DNA of 64,000 nucleotides from Chrysomallon squamiferum (GCA_012295275.1 CM022678.1:17794001-17858000), one strand, 5' to 3'; counted from the first letter of the stretch, positions 1 to 14,029 are shown. Translations and numbers: made by a program. The notes: generated from the sequence alone by a model not told the origin.

Positions 1-660
1 TTGCTATTACTACTACCACTGCTACTACTGCAACTACAACTACTAATACTAGTAATACTATTGCTACCACTACAACTACCATTCCTATTACTTGTAATAC
101 TGTTACTACTGACAGTTGCTGGAAGTAACATTTGTGTTACTCTACAACAATCACAAACACTACTGTTATATTTCAACTACTACTATTACTATTGCTATTA
201 CTACTGCTGCTGCAGTAACAGCGACAACAACAACTACCATTACTATTACTGATACTTTTACTACTACCATTACTACCGCTACTCCTCTACAACTTCAACC
301 ACTACTCCTACTACAACTTCAACCACTACTACTGCTGTTTCTTCTACCACTACTACTACCACCACCACCACTACTGTACTACAGCTACTACTACTAATAT
401 TTTTGCTATTCAATCTACTGTTGTTACTACTACTATTACTACTTCCACTACGATTACAAGCAGTAGCATTAGTACAACCAATGCCTTTACTAACATCATT
501 TATGCCACTCATTTACATTATCATCCAAGTATCATTAGTACTACATTTCTGTACCATTACTTACTAATAGTACCACACTGCTTCTAGTATTGCTATCTCT
601 GCTACTAAATCTACTACTGTAAGATTAAAATAATCACCATTATTGCTGCTGTTACTCCAA
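1..660. repeat. Degenerate (CTA/TAC)n low-complexity tract
   Basis: Imperfect ACT/CTA trinucleotide runs. They produce the Leu/Thr/Tyr-rich spurious ORFs. Confidence 0.85.
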
Positions 661-1273
661 AGTATCCACTTTTGTCACTCCGATCTCTCCTGCTAGTGTT
701 GTTCTTTAAATCGGTATCATAACCTATAACAATAATCAGGTTATCTATCGAAGCATTACAGTCAAACCGCAATTACCAGAACATCAGTTATTCTCAACCT
801 AACAGTTTCAAGTTCAGGTGAATATTTCGTTATGTGTACTGTGCGTAACACAGAACTTGTGACCAATACTTACGCTGCTGGTTCGTATTTTGTTTAAAAC
901 GATTAAAAGTGAATCCCAGTTAATAAGAACAAGCAAAATTTAATAGTCACGTGAAAAACGTGTTTACCGACAGTGATAAAGATAACATGATTTTGTTTTC
1001 AATGTGCACGTGTGAACTGTGTTGTTTTTGTTAATTATTATTATTATTATTATTCATGTTTTTATCTCAATTCGTTACACGTTAAATAATGTTGATGTAC
1101 ACACACATACACACACAACAAACACGCATTTTAAAGCTTGACGAAATCAGTGGTGTCTTTATCTGCGAGTACGTATCTTGTACAGTTTATTTTCGCAATT
1201 TTATTTAGATATTTTGGAGTCTCAGAACATTGCCATATTCTATCAGAAACCAGCTTTTAACCTAGTTTTTGCA

Positions 1274-1317
<44 letters not shown>

Positions 1318-1351
1318 TTAAACATTAAAGTTATTTTTAAAGAAATTACAT

Positions 1352-1403
<52 letters not shown>

Positions 1404-1513
1404 TGTAACATATATATTTCGCGGAAATAAATAAATATATATATACAAACTTTAATTTATATAATCTGCCCTTAACAGAAACAAACTGAAAAAGTTTAAT
1501 TTTGTTTTTGTAG

Positions 1514-1923
1514 GGCATCATGGCAGAGAGATAATGTTTATGGCAATGTTCGACTTCGATCAGTACCGCGTCGCTAAAAACATCCCCCTCGTCTTTAATT
1601 ACGCCCCTTTGAACGTCGGCAACGGTTACAACACGATCACGGGGAAATTTAAGGCCCCGTTGGCAGGGGTTTACATGTTCTTTGTTCAAATTCAAAGTCG
1701 AGTTGAGGGACTAGTGTACGTTGACGTTGTTAAAAACGGACATAATGTAGCAGAAATTTATTCAGCTTTGGAAACCGGAAAGCGAGACGAAGCCGGAAGT
1801 ACGCACGTTATGTTGAGGCTAAACGCCGGAGATGAAGTCTGGGTGATCAGGAGAGGAAACGCTGATGCTTATTATGGAAATTACAGAAGTCACTTCACGG
1901 GATTTCTCCTACCTGACCAGTAG
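1514..1923 (+). CDS. C1q globular-domain (C1qDC) terminal coding exon, copy 1
   Basis: Acceptor ttttgtAG at 1512-1513, phase 1. gC1q motifs: LVFN..LNVGNGYN..TGKFKAPLAGVYMF, MLRLNAGDEVWV, SHFTGFLL. Stop at 1923, AATAAA at 1952. Confidence 0.92.
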
Positions 1924-3266
1924 ATGTGTTAACACTGAAAATAATGATAATAATAAAATAAATTTAAGCAGAAATAAATTCATATCCAATGTATAAATAT
2001 ATAAATATATATATATATATAAATTATATACAGTTTTTTTATATATAATAATATAGTTATACATATGTTTTCTATACTTATGCAGATGTTTTTATATTAA
2101 AAATAAGCAAGAAAAGCAAGCATAAACGAAGCGGCAATATCAAAAGACAAGGAAATGAAGAGAGAAACTAAAAATAGCTAAAAGAGATAACACACACACA
2201 CATACATGCACACGCACATACACACACATACATATACACATTTTTAGTAGTTCGCAGAGTCGGAATGGGTTCAAAGATCAGTCCTTCTGATCCACTTAGT
2301 GATTTATTTCACGTTCCAGCTGTAGCCTTGTTATTCTGATTTACGGTGTTTTGGAATTCGCTTCTAGAAAATTCCTAGCTTTATATACATCTTCCTACAG
2401 ATAGGAAAACACATACCTCAGTGTTTTATTACCAATTTTCTGGCACCGTCTAGACCGGGAAATAACACAACATGAAGGCATCTCGAATAAAGTTGGTTAA
2501 CTGTTACTACATTCTGACATGACAATTGATTATTAAGATTATTCTTGTTGTGTTCTTGTAGTTCTTTTTTTTGGGGGGGGGGTTTAGGCATTCCCCCCCC
2601 CCTGTTTTCAGAGATCTATTATTAATTCTGTCGAAACGTAATACAGATCAGTTCAAGCATCCACGACATTTTCTATTCATTTGCTGAAGATTAATTAAAA
2701 GAAGGCTCGACTGTTCGTTCGTTTGATCGATGTTAAACCGAGGCATATCTAACTAGATTAGTCGTGATTAGCCTTACTGCAGCTCTACAGTTCCAAGTGA
2801 CTATTTTATTTGTTCATAGAGACCAGTGTTTGCTGTTTTATTGAGATTTGTTTTACAATAACAACAACAACAAAAATATTAAAAATTAATCATTTTGGCA
2901 TCACTATCGTCATAAATGGTTTCTTTTTTTTTGTTTTCTTCTGCTCGATGGATTACATTTTTTAAAATTTATTTATTATATTTAATGTTGTTGCTGATGA
3001 TCATGATGGTATTGTTGCTGATGTTGTTGTTGTTGTTACTGTTGTGGTTACTGTCATTATTAGCAATAGACTGGTCTCCAATAAACCAGCATTAAGCAAA
3101 AAATTAAAAAAGTGAAAAACAAAATTCATAAAGGTTATTTTAGATCAGCCACCCCAAATAAACTTTTATCATTTGGCTATACTTGTTGTAAATAAGATTG
3201 TAAATGAGCTACTCAGGCTTGCTTTCAAATGCATGTAACGTAACTATTGCATTTCCATCTTTTCAG

Positions 3267-3676
3267 AAGCAAGAAATAAATCAGTAATGTTTGTTGCCCG
3301 GTTTTCCAACAATCAAACTAACGTTCCAAACAACACAGCCCTCATTTTTGACACAGCCGAAATTAACATCGGAAACGGATATGACGTACACTCGGGAAAG
3401 TTCGTTGCTCCGGAGTTCGGTGTTTACATGTTCCACGCGCAGATACAAAGTCTGCGCAGCGGAACTGTCTACGCTCGCATCCTGAAAAACGGAATCGACG
3501 TCGCAGAAATTTACACAGCTCGAGAAAACAGCAAACGAGACGAAGCCGGCATCACGCACGTGATGTTGCTGCTGGGGACGGATGACGAGGTGTGGATGCA
3601 AAGAAGAGGAGAATCCAGCACCTACTACGGCGGCTTCAGAAGTCATTTTACGGGATATCTCATGAAGACATTCTGA
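3267..3676 (+). CDS. C1q globular-domain terminal coding exon, copy 2
   Basis: Acceptor cttttcAG at 3265-3266, phase 1. Motifs: LIFD..INIGNGYD..SGKFVAPEFGVYMF, LLLGTDDEVWM, SHFTGYL. Confidence 0.92.
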
Positions 3677-3932
3677 AATGGAAACGAGTCTAAAATACAA
3701 ATAATGTTCACATATCGATATCGTTTTATTTATTTATTTATAATTGTTTTTTATTTATTTTTTTTTTTTTTTTTTTTAAACTTTTAACAGTAGTATTTGT
3801 TTGGTTTTTTCTTTCACCTTGTTTAATTAATTAATTTATTTATTTACTATTATTAAATTACAGCAAAACAGAAGTAATAACGAAAATACCACAACGAAGC
3901 ATGAAGACAAACATATAAACAAACAAACAAAC

Positions 3933-3964
<32 letters not shown>

Positions 3965-4539
3965 AAAATGATATGACACAAAAGATTCGTTCATTTATTC
4001 TTTACTAGAATGAAGAAAACAGGTTATATTTAAAGAATCATGTTTTTAATCTTCGATAGAGGAAATATGCTGCTGTATAATAATTATGTGTGTCTGTATG
4101 TACGTGTGTGTGTGTATCTGTATGTATGTGTATGTGTGCGTTCAGTTAGCATCTGTAATGTGCTGTCCGACTTCGTGTACTGTAGAAATTTACTATTACC
4201 TCTAACACTGTTACTACGTCTGCCTTTACTGAATTTTCTATTTCATGCTGCTTCAACCTTTACCACTCTACCAGTCAGTTGTACTGTATTACCACTGCTA
4301 TTACCAAACCACTACAAATACTTTGAATACTACTACTACTACTGTGAGTTGTATTACTATCACTACTACAGTACTACTCTGTTACCACTACTACGACTAA
4401 GATACTAGTACTACTAGTATAACTGAAGTATAGAATTACTTTTTGTGCTGGTTATACCAATACTACAAGTACTATAGTACCATTACCACTGTACTACAGT
4501 TTGCTACTGGTTTACTGTAACTGTACTACTACTAAACAA

Positions 4540-5360
4540 TCTTTACTACAGTTACTGCTACTATCATTACCTTACACTATCTTTACTACTATTACTACTA
4601 CTGTCATTACCTTACACTATCTTTACTACTATTACTATTATTATCTTACACTATCTTTACTACAATTACTGTCATTACCTTACACTATCTTTACTACTAT
4701 TGCTACTACTATCATTACGTAACACTATCTTTATTACTATTACTATTACTATCTTACACTATCTTTACTACTATCATTACCTTACACTATCTTTACTACT
4801 ATTACTACTACTATCATTATGTAACACTATCTTTATTACTATTACTATCTTACACTATCTTTACTACTATCATTACCTTACACTATCTTTACTACTATTA
4901 TTATTAATATCACAACCTTACACTATCTTTACTACAGTTACTACTACTATCATTACGTAACACTATATTTACTACTATTACTACTACTATCATTACCTTA
5001 AACTATCTTTACTACAATTGCAACTACTATCATTACCTTACACTATCTTTACTACAATTACAACTACTATCATTACCTTACACTATCTTTACTACAATTA
5101 CAACTACTATCATTAACTTACACTATATTTACTACAATTACTACTACTATCATTACCTTACACTGTCTTTACTACAATTACAACTACTATCATTACCTTA
5201 CACTATATTTACTACTATTACTACTACTATCATTACCTTACACTATATTTACTACAATTACTACTACTATCATTACCTTACACTGTCTTTACTACAATTA
5301 CAACTACTATCATTACCTTACACTATCTTTACTACTATTACTGCTACTATCATTACCTCT
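4540..5360. repeat. Minisatellite, about 40-bp unit (cattaccttacactatctttactacaattacaactactat)
   Basis: cattacctta (or a 1-nt variant) recurs at 4991, 5031, 5071, 5111 and onward. Upstream units are more degenerate and grade into CTA repeats. Confidence 0.9.
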
Positions 5361-5604
5361 TCTACCGCTACTACTACTACTACTACTGCTCTTGTTTTTG
5401 TTTGTTGTTGTTTTGTTTTGTTTTTTGTTTTTTTTTATAATTTCTATCATTACCAATGATAGACAATTTATCCTCTTTTATTATTCGTTTACTATATAAC
5501 AGTTTGCAGTTGAACAGTTCCTTTTTTCTTCTTCTTCTTTTTTTTTTTTTTTATATATATATATACATATATATATATATTTTTTTTTTTTTTTCTTTTT
5601 CCAG

Positions 5605-6020
5605 AGGCTAAAAATAGATCAGTGCTGTTTATGGCTCGTTTTTCCAAAAATCAGACTGAGGTTCCAAGCGACACCGCTCTGTTATTTGACGTCACCGATG
5701 TGAATTATGGGAACGGATATGACGTCGGGACCGGAAAGTTTGTAGCGCCTTTGACGGGTGTCTACATGTTCCACGCGCAAATACAAAGTCATGGCGCAGG
5801 TGTGGTTTATGTGCGAATGCTGAAAAATGACGTTAACGTTGCTGAGATATACACAGCGAAAGAAAACAACAAAAGAGACGAAGCCGGGAGCACTCACGTG
5901 ATGTTGTTGTTGGGAAGAGGAGAACAAGTTTGGTTACAACGAGTAGCAGACGCCAGCAAATATTACGGCGGTTTCAGAAGTCACTTTACCGGGTATCTTC
6001 TGAAAGCGTTTGCGCATTAG
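5605..6020 (+). CDS. C1q globular-domain terminal coding exon, copy 3
   Basis: Long poly-T then ccAG acceptor at 5603-5604, phase 1. Motifs: LLFD..VNYGNGYD..TGKFVAPLTGVYMF, SHFTGYLL. AATAAA at 6107. Confidence 0.92.
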
Positions 6021-6672
6021 AGTAAGCGCCACTAGTCTTGAAACTGTCGTTTCGTTTCTCTCAACGTTATTCCCGCTTACTGTTAATTATGAGCAAGATG
6101 AATATGAATAAAATATTATGTTTGTTCTAAAATAAAATACCATGTTCTTAAATGATTATGATGATGATAAAGTGTAACTGATTAATAATTCTTCTCTCTC
6201 TCTCTCTGACACCCTGTTGCCAATCTGCTTTTTGTACTGGGTTGTCGTTAATAGTCATTCATTCATTTAACTTACTAATACATCGTGGCTTTATCTTTCT
6301 CTCTTTTTACTATTCAGTATGTGTCTCTATGTGTACGTGTGTGTGTGTTTGTGTGTGTGTTTGTGTGTGTGTGTGTGGAAGGATAGTTAGAGAACCAAAT
6401 AGATAAATAGATACAAAGATTCGGGACAGTCCACGTACAAACAAACAAATGCAAAGATATTAAAATATGGCTTTAGTTCAGTTATGAAGAAGCATATTAT
6501 TACTTAAATACATGCTATGATTTGCGTATAATTTGAATTAAAATTGTAAATGTTAAAAGTACTAAATTTGAACCGTTACTAAATGTTTTTAACAAATGTC
6601 AAACATCTCCGTTACGAATGCCACTTTTAGCATTACTGAACGTCACCCAGAAGTCAGTTTTCCTATTTCCGT

Positions 6673-7540
6673 TTACTCGAAGTTCGTCATGTACCGATTA
6701 TCTCCCTTCGATTTGTGACAGTGTCGAAGTGTGTGCGCATTGTCGCCCGTTGCTCGGCAATTAGGACAGACGTAATTACGCAGGACAGGGCAGATAACTT
6801 TTCCTCGTTTATCCTTTAGCGAATGTGTCGTGTAAAATGCCCACGTTTCTCCGTTTTTCTTGCAAAACGCGCAAACTACGCTCGGTGCTGTTTCGGCATT
6901 CAAGACACGTAGCTCTTCCTGGCTAAGCTTTTTCATCCAGTCTACTAATGCCACGAAATCCTCGTTGAACTTCGCTGATGTCGTAGGTGGTAGGTCCAAA
7001 GACGACGTTGTCGCCAGAATTTCGTCGCAAGTTGTCGAAAAACTGAAAATAAAAGGTTTAAAAAAACCCCACAATTATCATGTATCACAATTATAACAAA
7101 TATTAAAAGTTGCTATTTTTAGATATATATATTTCCTGGATGTCTGCACAGAAAGACACACCCGCACACACACAGGTATACGCACATGCAGACGAACACT
7201 GTCTTCGAATTACTAACGACCCCCCTCCAAAAAAAAAGAAGGTATTTTCAAAATATTTAGCAAAATAGTATCAAGGTTATTATAATAATAATTACAACAA
7301 AAGCAACTACCACTACAAAAAACAAAACAAAAAAAAACCTGTTTCAATAACAATAATAATTATAATGATAACTGTAATGCCAACAACATAAATAAAAGGA
7401 AAAAAAAAATAATAATAATAATAACGACAACAACATATTAACAGTAGAAGTAATAATAACACTAACACAATAATTTATTGATAAGCATCATGACTGTAAG
7501 AATATATCTGATAGTATACATATTTGTATACATATTAATT

Positions 7541-7586
<46 letters not shown>

Positions 7587-8282
7587 CATTCTAACTTACG
7601 GCTGTTCTGTTGATTTAATGGACCTTTCGTGAACTGAAAACGACGTTTCCGATCTAACTGGAATTAATTCCATAGTAACAGGATCGAAATCAATTTTAAT
7701 GTCAGTTTGTAGCGTTTGTGGTTGCCTAGCATTATCTTTGACGTTATCCCTGACGTTAAAATCACATTCAGAATGTTCATTCTTGCACGTCATTTTATCT
7801 GAAGACGTCGTAGCTGTTGCAAATTCACCGGACGAGGCATCACAGTATAACTCTTGGAACGGCGTGGCAACGTTTCTAAGTCTGGTTTGAGAAAGTTTAG
7901 AGAGCGTGGTCCTTTCTTCTTTCAAAACTGGCGTTGGTAAAATGGCGAATGATTTCAGAGCAGCATGTTTCCATGGCGATGACCTGTCTTGGCGCTCTTT
8001 CGTCGTCATAGGTAGGTCAGACTGTGTACTACTGCTGCACGATGACCACGGCTGCGTGATGGGTGCATTCGTTTCTCGTTTCTTAAATGACGTTGTTGGT
8101 CGATTTGTTGTCGTTGTTGCCTGACCCGAAATACCAGGAAAGGATGGTGTTGTAGTCCGTGTCGTGGACGTTTGCTCAAGGCTGGAATCGTCAGCAGCAG
8201 GCCCAGCTTCTGAATTATGACAGCGTGGGAAAAGAATGCTTGAAAAATTTAAATATTTACCCCAAGTTTTATATTCAGTCAT
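6673..8282 (-). CDS. nanos: Nanos-like CCHC zinc-finger translational repressor, about 350 aa, 2 coding exons (8282-7600, 7042-6673)
   Basis: Paired CCHC fingers CAFCKKNGE..FYTTHSLKD..GKVICPVLRNYVCPNCRATGDNAHTLRHC. GTAAG donor at 7599 and tttcAG acceptor at 7043 join in phase 2 with an open frame. N-terminal YKTWGKYLNFSSIL resembles the NOT1-interacting motif. Confidence 0.93.
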
Positions 8283-9940
8283 TTTAAATGCGTCTGTGTT
8301 CGTATTATCAGTTCGTCAGTAATTAAAAATAATCGGAAACTTCTCAAGAGTTTCGTCAGTTCCATTAAATTTTCGGGGTGAGGAAAAAAGCTTTTAAAAT
8401 ATATATATATCTATAATTATTAAAAAATATATATATACTTTTGTATTTATAATTATTTATTAAAACACTTACAGAGACCAGATTTGCCTGTATATAACAT
8501 AAATGTTTGCTGTACAGATACAACTGATATAATATTCACTAACGAAACACCCCTTCGTCAGTTTTGAAACATCGGCCTTGGGTATTGGAATGACTGAAGA
8601 TAAACTGGCGTCCTGCAATAGTCTAATACACAAGATCAAACCAATGTTTAATATCCATCCTCCTCTTTGAAAACCTTTGTTAAGCACGTTGACCGTCAAC
8701 AGATATCGAAAAACAAGAATCTTAAACGCAATACAAAGATTTAAATTGGTGAACTTTTAAATAGAGAACTTTTATTTTGTAACTAATTTTCTGTAATAAA
8801 GTCTATTAAAAAAAGAAATTTATAATAAACAAATAAATAAAATAAAATAAAATAAAATAAATTTCAGATTATTTTCCCGTGAAGAAAGACAGTATATTTT
8901 CTCCGTGTTATGAATTAAGTTGTATTACGAAGTTAGATTCCTGGATTCAGAACACGATATGTCGCGAACAGAAAAATAATAACTTACAGAGGTACCAAAC
9001 TAGACTTACGGTAATACTTAATGTTTATTAGGGAGAGAAACAGTGGATTTAAAAAAAAGGTTAAAAAATACAGCAACAACAAAACATCAACAAATAAACA
9101 AACAGAAACGTGTGTGTGTGTGAGTGTGTGTGTGTGCTCACACATATATTAGAAATATTTTTTGAAGATCTTAATTTTTGACGGTCCTCTGATATATTGT
9201 TCTTTCGTTGTTTTATTTGTTTCTGAAGAAAAAATATAATAATAATAACAACTTAAGTAAACAGTTCCTAAAACTTTCATAATTACTTCAGCAATATGAC
9301 AAATATTACAGTTTTAATACTGATGCACAATATGGGCGCATTTTAGTTTGATACGTTTTTATTTAGGTACGTTTTGAAAAACTTCCGCCAGAGTACCTGA
9401 ATCTTGCGAGCCTCAGCTGAAATCGAAGGAAGTGGCGCTATTTTCGTTGATACCTCTCTGATATTTATAGCTTGATCGACTGGAATAACTTAGTCATATC
9501 GTAGTTATGCAAAAAATATAATCATTGATGTATGTCCATGGTAAATATTTATATTCTTTTGCAAATTTATAGTTTAAAGGAAGAATCAGGCGATTGGTTG
9601 GGACAAAACAACAAATGCACGATTACTAAATAACACGGGAACATGAATTCTTGTTATAATATTAATACATATAATTTAACGGCTGAATGAATGTATTCTG
9701 ACAAATACAATATTTGTACAAGATGATTACTACAGGTAGATATTAGTGTGATAGTATCACATCTGAACTTGCCATTAAGATTTTACGTGGGTTTTTTTAA
9801 TATTGTTTTTGACGCATGAATACAATTATATATTACATAGACAAAAATGTTTATACATTTTTTTTTTTTTTTTTTCACTTTCTGGTAATGATGAAATACA
9901 TGACATTTATCTTGTATTATTTTTTTCTTCTAAATTTATA

Positions 9941-9971
<31 letters not shown>

Positions 9972-10193
9972 TGTTTAGATAGTATCTTTGCCTATATTTG
10001 TAAGTGTAAATTATACTGAAGTTATTAATGTCACATTAAACAAACAACCAAAAAACGACAGTAACAATAACAAACATTTATAACAAAATGTTAATAAAAT
10101 TTAAAAAAAAATGTAATAACAATACTTCATGTTCGCTATCTTAGGGATATACAATGTAATAATATAATATTTATAACATCAAAAAAAAAAAAA

Positions 10194-10238
<45 letters not shown>

Positions 10239-10698
10239 TTATGAATAAATAAATAAATAAAAAATAATAATATAAACAAATGTGACAAATTATAGTCCAG
10301 CAATGCTTACACATATAAAGGGTTACAGATTAATACACATGGTGTAGGAAATGCATGAACATGGATACTGAATCATGGGTTTAGTAGCATTTTTAGGATA
10401 TTAAGCTTTGCAAATATTCATATTTCTTTTATCACAGTTTCAATTTTGATGCCATTTCTATAGCATATGTAGCTGCAAATTTGTGTATAATTAAATATTT
10501 TGTTCTACCTGAAAATTTCAAGAATAATTTACTAACTACTTCGATTTGAGGGTCTGGAACAATTTTAAAAATGATCTTATGTTCATGATTTTCTTTTCTT
10601 TTAGAGTTATTAATATATGGAGAGATGGAGTGAGAGAGAGCAAGAGAGAGATATCTGTTTGTGTGTTTATATAATATGTGTGAATGTGTGGGTATATA

Positions 10699-10737
<39 letters not shown>

Positions 10738-10995
10738 ATAAAAATCAGAGAATTATATTTTAAGTTATTACAAACACTGTTTGTTGTGTTAAAGATCTCT
10801 ACATTTTTGAGAATTACTATAATGTGTGATTTTGTATTTGCAGCTGGAAAAAAAATAAAAAATAAAAAAATAAACAGAAGAATTCAGCCTGGATGGTCAG
10901 ATTAAGAATTAAAAATCAAACAAAACAGAAAAAATGTCTTTAAAGAGATAAAAAAAGAGAAAAAAAGAGTTTTTACACATTATTTCTGATATACC

Positions 10996-11484
10996 ATGAT
11001 GAATTCATCCGGGAAGAAACGTGTGGCGACTCACATAGGCGAGAAACCATTCATCTGCGGCGTTTGTGAGAAGACTTTCTCAAGAAGTTCCAATCTGAAA
11101 AATCACATGCGCACTCACGGAGGGGACCCGTTCAAGTGCGGCGTCTGCGCCGCGTGCTTTTCTCAAAGCGACTACTTGAAACTTCACATGAAGGTTCACA
11201 CGGGTGAAAAACTCTTCAAATGCGTGAGCTGTGAGAAGCTCTTTTCAGAGCCGTCTAACATGAAGATGCCGATGAAAATTAAGAAAGGTGAAGAACCTGA
11301 AAAATGCACAAGCTGTGCCAGGTGTTTTGACGAGGCAGGCGACAAAAAAACTGCCGTTAAAATCCAAACTGGCGAGAAACTTTATAAATGTGCAAGTTGT
11401 GAAAAACGTTTCCTAGATCCTGATAATTTGAAAATTCATTCAAAGATTCATTCTGGTGAAAGACTTTTTAAATGTGTGAGTTAG
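10996..11484 (+). CDS. Small C2H2 zinc-finger protein (3 intact fingers, 2 His-less fingers, 1 truncated finger)
   Basis: CxxC-x12-HxxxH repeats with GEK linkers. Candidate 5'UTR acceptor at 10843 and first-exon donor near 9541. Confidence 0.8.
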   Translation: MMNSSGKKRVATHIGEKPFICGVCEKTFSRSSNLKNHMRTHGGDPFKCGVCAACFSQSDYLKLHMKVHTGEKLFKCVSCEKLFSEPSNMKMPMKIKKGEEPEKCTSCARCFDEAGDKKTAVKIQTGEKLYKCASCEKRFLDPDNLKIHSKIHSGERLFKCVS

Positions 11485-11488
11485 CTAA

Positions 11489-11524
<36 letters not shown>

Positions 11525-12009
11525 TTATTTTATTTTTTTTCAGGACAAAATAATGTTAAAATTCATCTTGATGAGAGCAAGTTAGTGATAATGTTTAGAA
11601 ATATGGGATATGTTTCAAATAGTTTCTAGTTCAGAACAAACCAAATTGTCACACAATAATTAGTACCAAAATAGAACTCTTTAAATATTTGTTTTTTTTT
11701 TTGCATAATGTGTTTGTGGAAAATATTTCAAACTGTATATAACAAACTGTGAAATGTCATGCTGCGACACAATGAAGAATTTTTTAAAAGTGATGTAAAA
11801 ATATTTCTTGAAAATTGTAGTTATTAGAAAATATTTTAAAAATAAAAAAATTTGATTTTTTTTTGGTGTTTTTCTTGGTGGGGTAATTTCTATTTGACAG
11901 TGTTATTCACATGATTAAAGGCTTTATTGTTAATTGTGAAGAAATTAAAATATCGAAATATGATGAAGGTGTTTAATAAAACCTAAAAGGTTTGAGTAAA
12001 ACTATAAGA

Positions 12010-12880
12010 TATGACTGACATTTTGAGAATGTGTCTTTCAGAAAATGTTTTTGATTTGAATTTTAAGGTTATGACTGACATTTTGAGAATATATTCTGAT
12101 AATAACTAACTGGGAATATCATGTCTTTCAGAAAATGATTTTATTTTCAATTTTAAAGTTATGACTGACATTTTGAGAATATATTCTGATAATAACTGAG
12201 AATATCGTGTCTTTCAGAAAATGATTTTATTTTCAATTTTAAGGTTATGACTGACATTTTGAGAATATATTCTGATAATAACTGAGAATATCGTGTCTTT
12301 CAGAAAATGATTTTATTTTCAATTTTAAGGTTATCACTGACATTTTGAGAATATATTCTGATAATAACTAACTGAGAATATCATGTCTTTCAGAAAATGT
12401 TTTTATTTTCAATTTTAAGGTTATCACTGACATTTTGAGAATATATTCTGATAATAACTAACTGAGAATATCATGTCTTTCAGAAAATGTTTTTATTTTC
12501 AATTTTAAGGTTATCACTGACATTTTGAGGATATATTCTGATAATAACTAACTGAGAATATCATGTCTTTCAGAAAATGTTTTTATTTTCAATTTTAAGG
12601 TTATCACTGACATTTTGAGAATATATTCTGATAATAACTAACTGAGAATATCATGTCTTTCAGAAAATGTTTTTATTTTCAATTTTAAGGTTATCACTGA
12701 CATTTTGAGGATATATTCTGATAATAACTAACTGAGAATATCATGTCTTTCAGAAAATGTTTTTATTTTCAATTTTAAGGTTATCACTGACATTTTGAGG
12801 ATATATTCTGATAATAACTCAATAAGTGGCTAACTGAGAATATCACGTCTTTCAGAAAATGTTTTTGATTTGAATTTTAA
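12010..12880. repeat. Tandem repeat, 90-bp unit (some 86 bp), about 9-10 copies
   Basis: cagaaaatg recurs at 12301, 12391, 12481, 12571, 12661 and 12751 with near-identical intervening sequence. Confidence 0.95.
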
Positions 12881-14029
12881 TGTGACTGCTTTAGTTGTGA
12901 GCTTCTGTTTTATGCTTACAGAGATTTGAATAAAAAGAAAATCTATTTTGTATTCTTTCTTTTCTTTTATATTTTTTATATTTTATATACAATTATATAT
13001 TTGTTGGTTTTTTTTTTTTTTTTTGCCCATATTGGAAAACAATCTCCAACAATATTTAATTCATATTCTAAATGAGAGAGAAAGAGAGAGAAAGGAATTA
13101 TTTTATTTCATATTTTGTTTATTTATTAGCCATTAATAACAGAGAAATCTTTGGAAATAATATCTCTCTCTTGTTATTTATATTATTGATGTGTTGTTGT
13201 TAGAAACAAAAAACATAACAAGAAATAAAATATAATGACACAAAACAACAAACAAACAAAAACCCCAAGAAAACTAACAACAAGGCTCTGTTATTAACAT
13301 ATATCATTTATTCCTGTAAATGATTTCTAAGTGTAAAAAGTTATCACATCAGAATCTGTTATGAGATTTGAAAGAAAAAACAATAACATCCATTTTGTTC
13401 AACTTTAAAATTAATTTCTTTGTGACCGCTATTTGTCTTATTTAGAAATTTGTAAAGGTTCTCTTTAAAATAAAATTGAAATACCATTTTTTTGCATGAA
13501 CACACATGCAATTGTGTGTGTGTGTGGTATAAAATAGATAAGTTGTATACTTACAAAAATAGACATTTATTATAAAATTGTATAACTACAAAAATAATTC
13601 ATATAAAATTTATAAAAGTTTGGAGTTTATTTCTGTGTATAATTAATTATAAACAAATTCATGAAATTCAAACAGACATAAATGCAAAGACTAGCAACAG
13701 CAACACACAAAATAAACTTGATAAAAAAAAAAGTACCATAAAAATCCCTCTGAGCATATTTATAGCTTGAAAATGATTTCAAACAATTTCAAACAAAAAT
13801 TCTTTTTAAGAAACATTCAAAACAGTGATAGAAATGGCATTTAGGAACTAGGGTATGCTAAGGTACCTGAGACAGAAGCTGGAAAGCAGGTACATGTGTT
13901 ATAAACCCTCCATCAAATTATCTTTAACATGGCAATTGTCAAGGCCATTTTGAGCCTGTCTACGAGGGGTATGATGATTACATCATACTGTATCAGAAGC
14001 GGAGTCAGATAAACATAGTTAAATAATGA

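Noticed and set aside
1-512. Leu-rich and Thr-rich ORFs resembling a signal peptide or mucin stalk for the C1q gene
   Set aside because: They are translations of CTA-type low-complexity DNA with non-ATG starts and no convincing splice sites.
720-2810. Weak similarity between about 765-830 and about 2735-2810 as leader exons for C1q copies 1 and 2
   Set aside because: Only short shared words, and no ATG with a signal peptide could be built. Kept only as a check for the alternative-exon hypothesis.
12010-12880. Regular repeat array superficially like a CRISPR array
   Set aside because: Head-to-tail 90-bp units without unique spacers, no cas genes, and a eukaryotic context.
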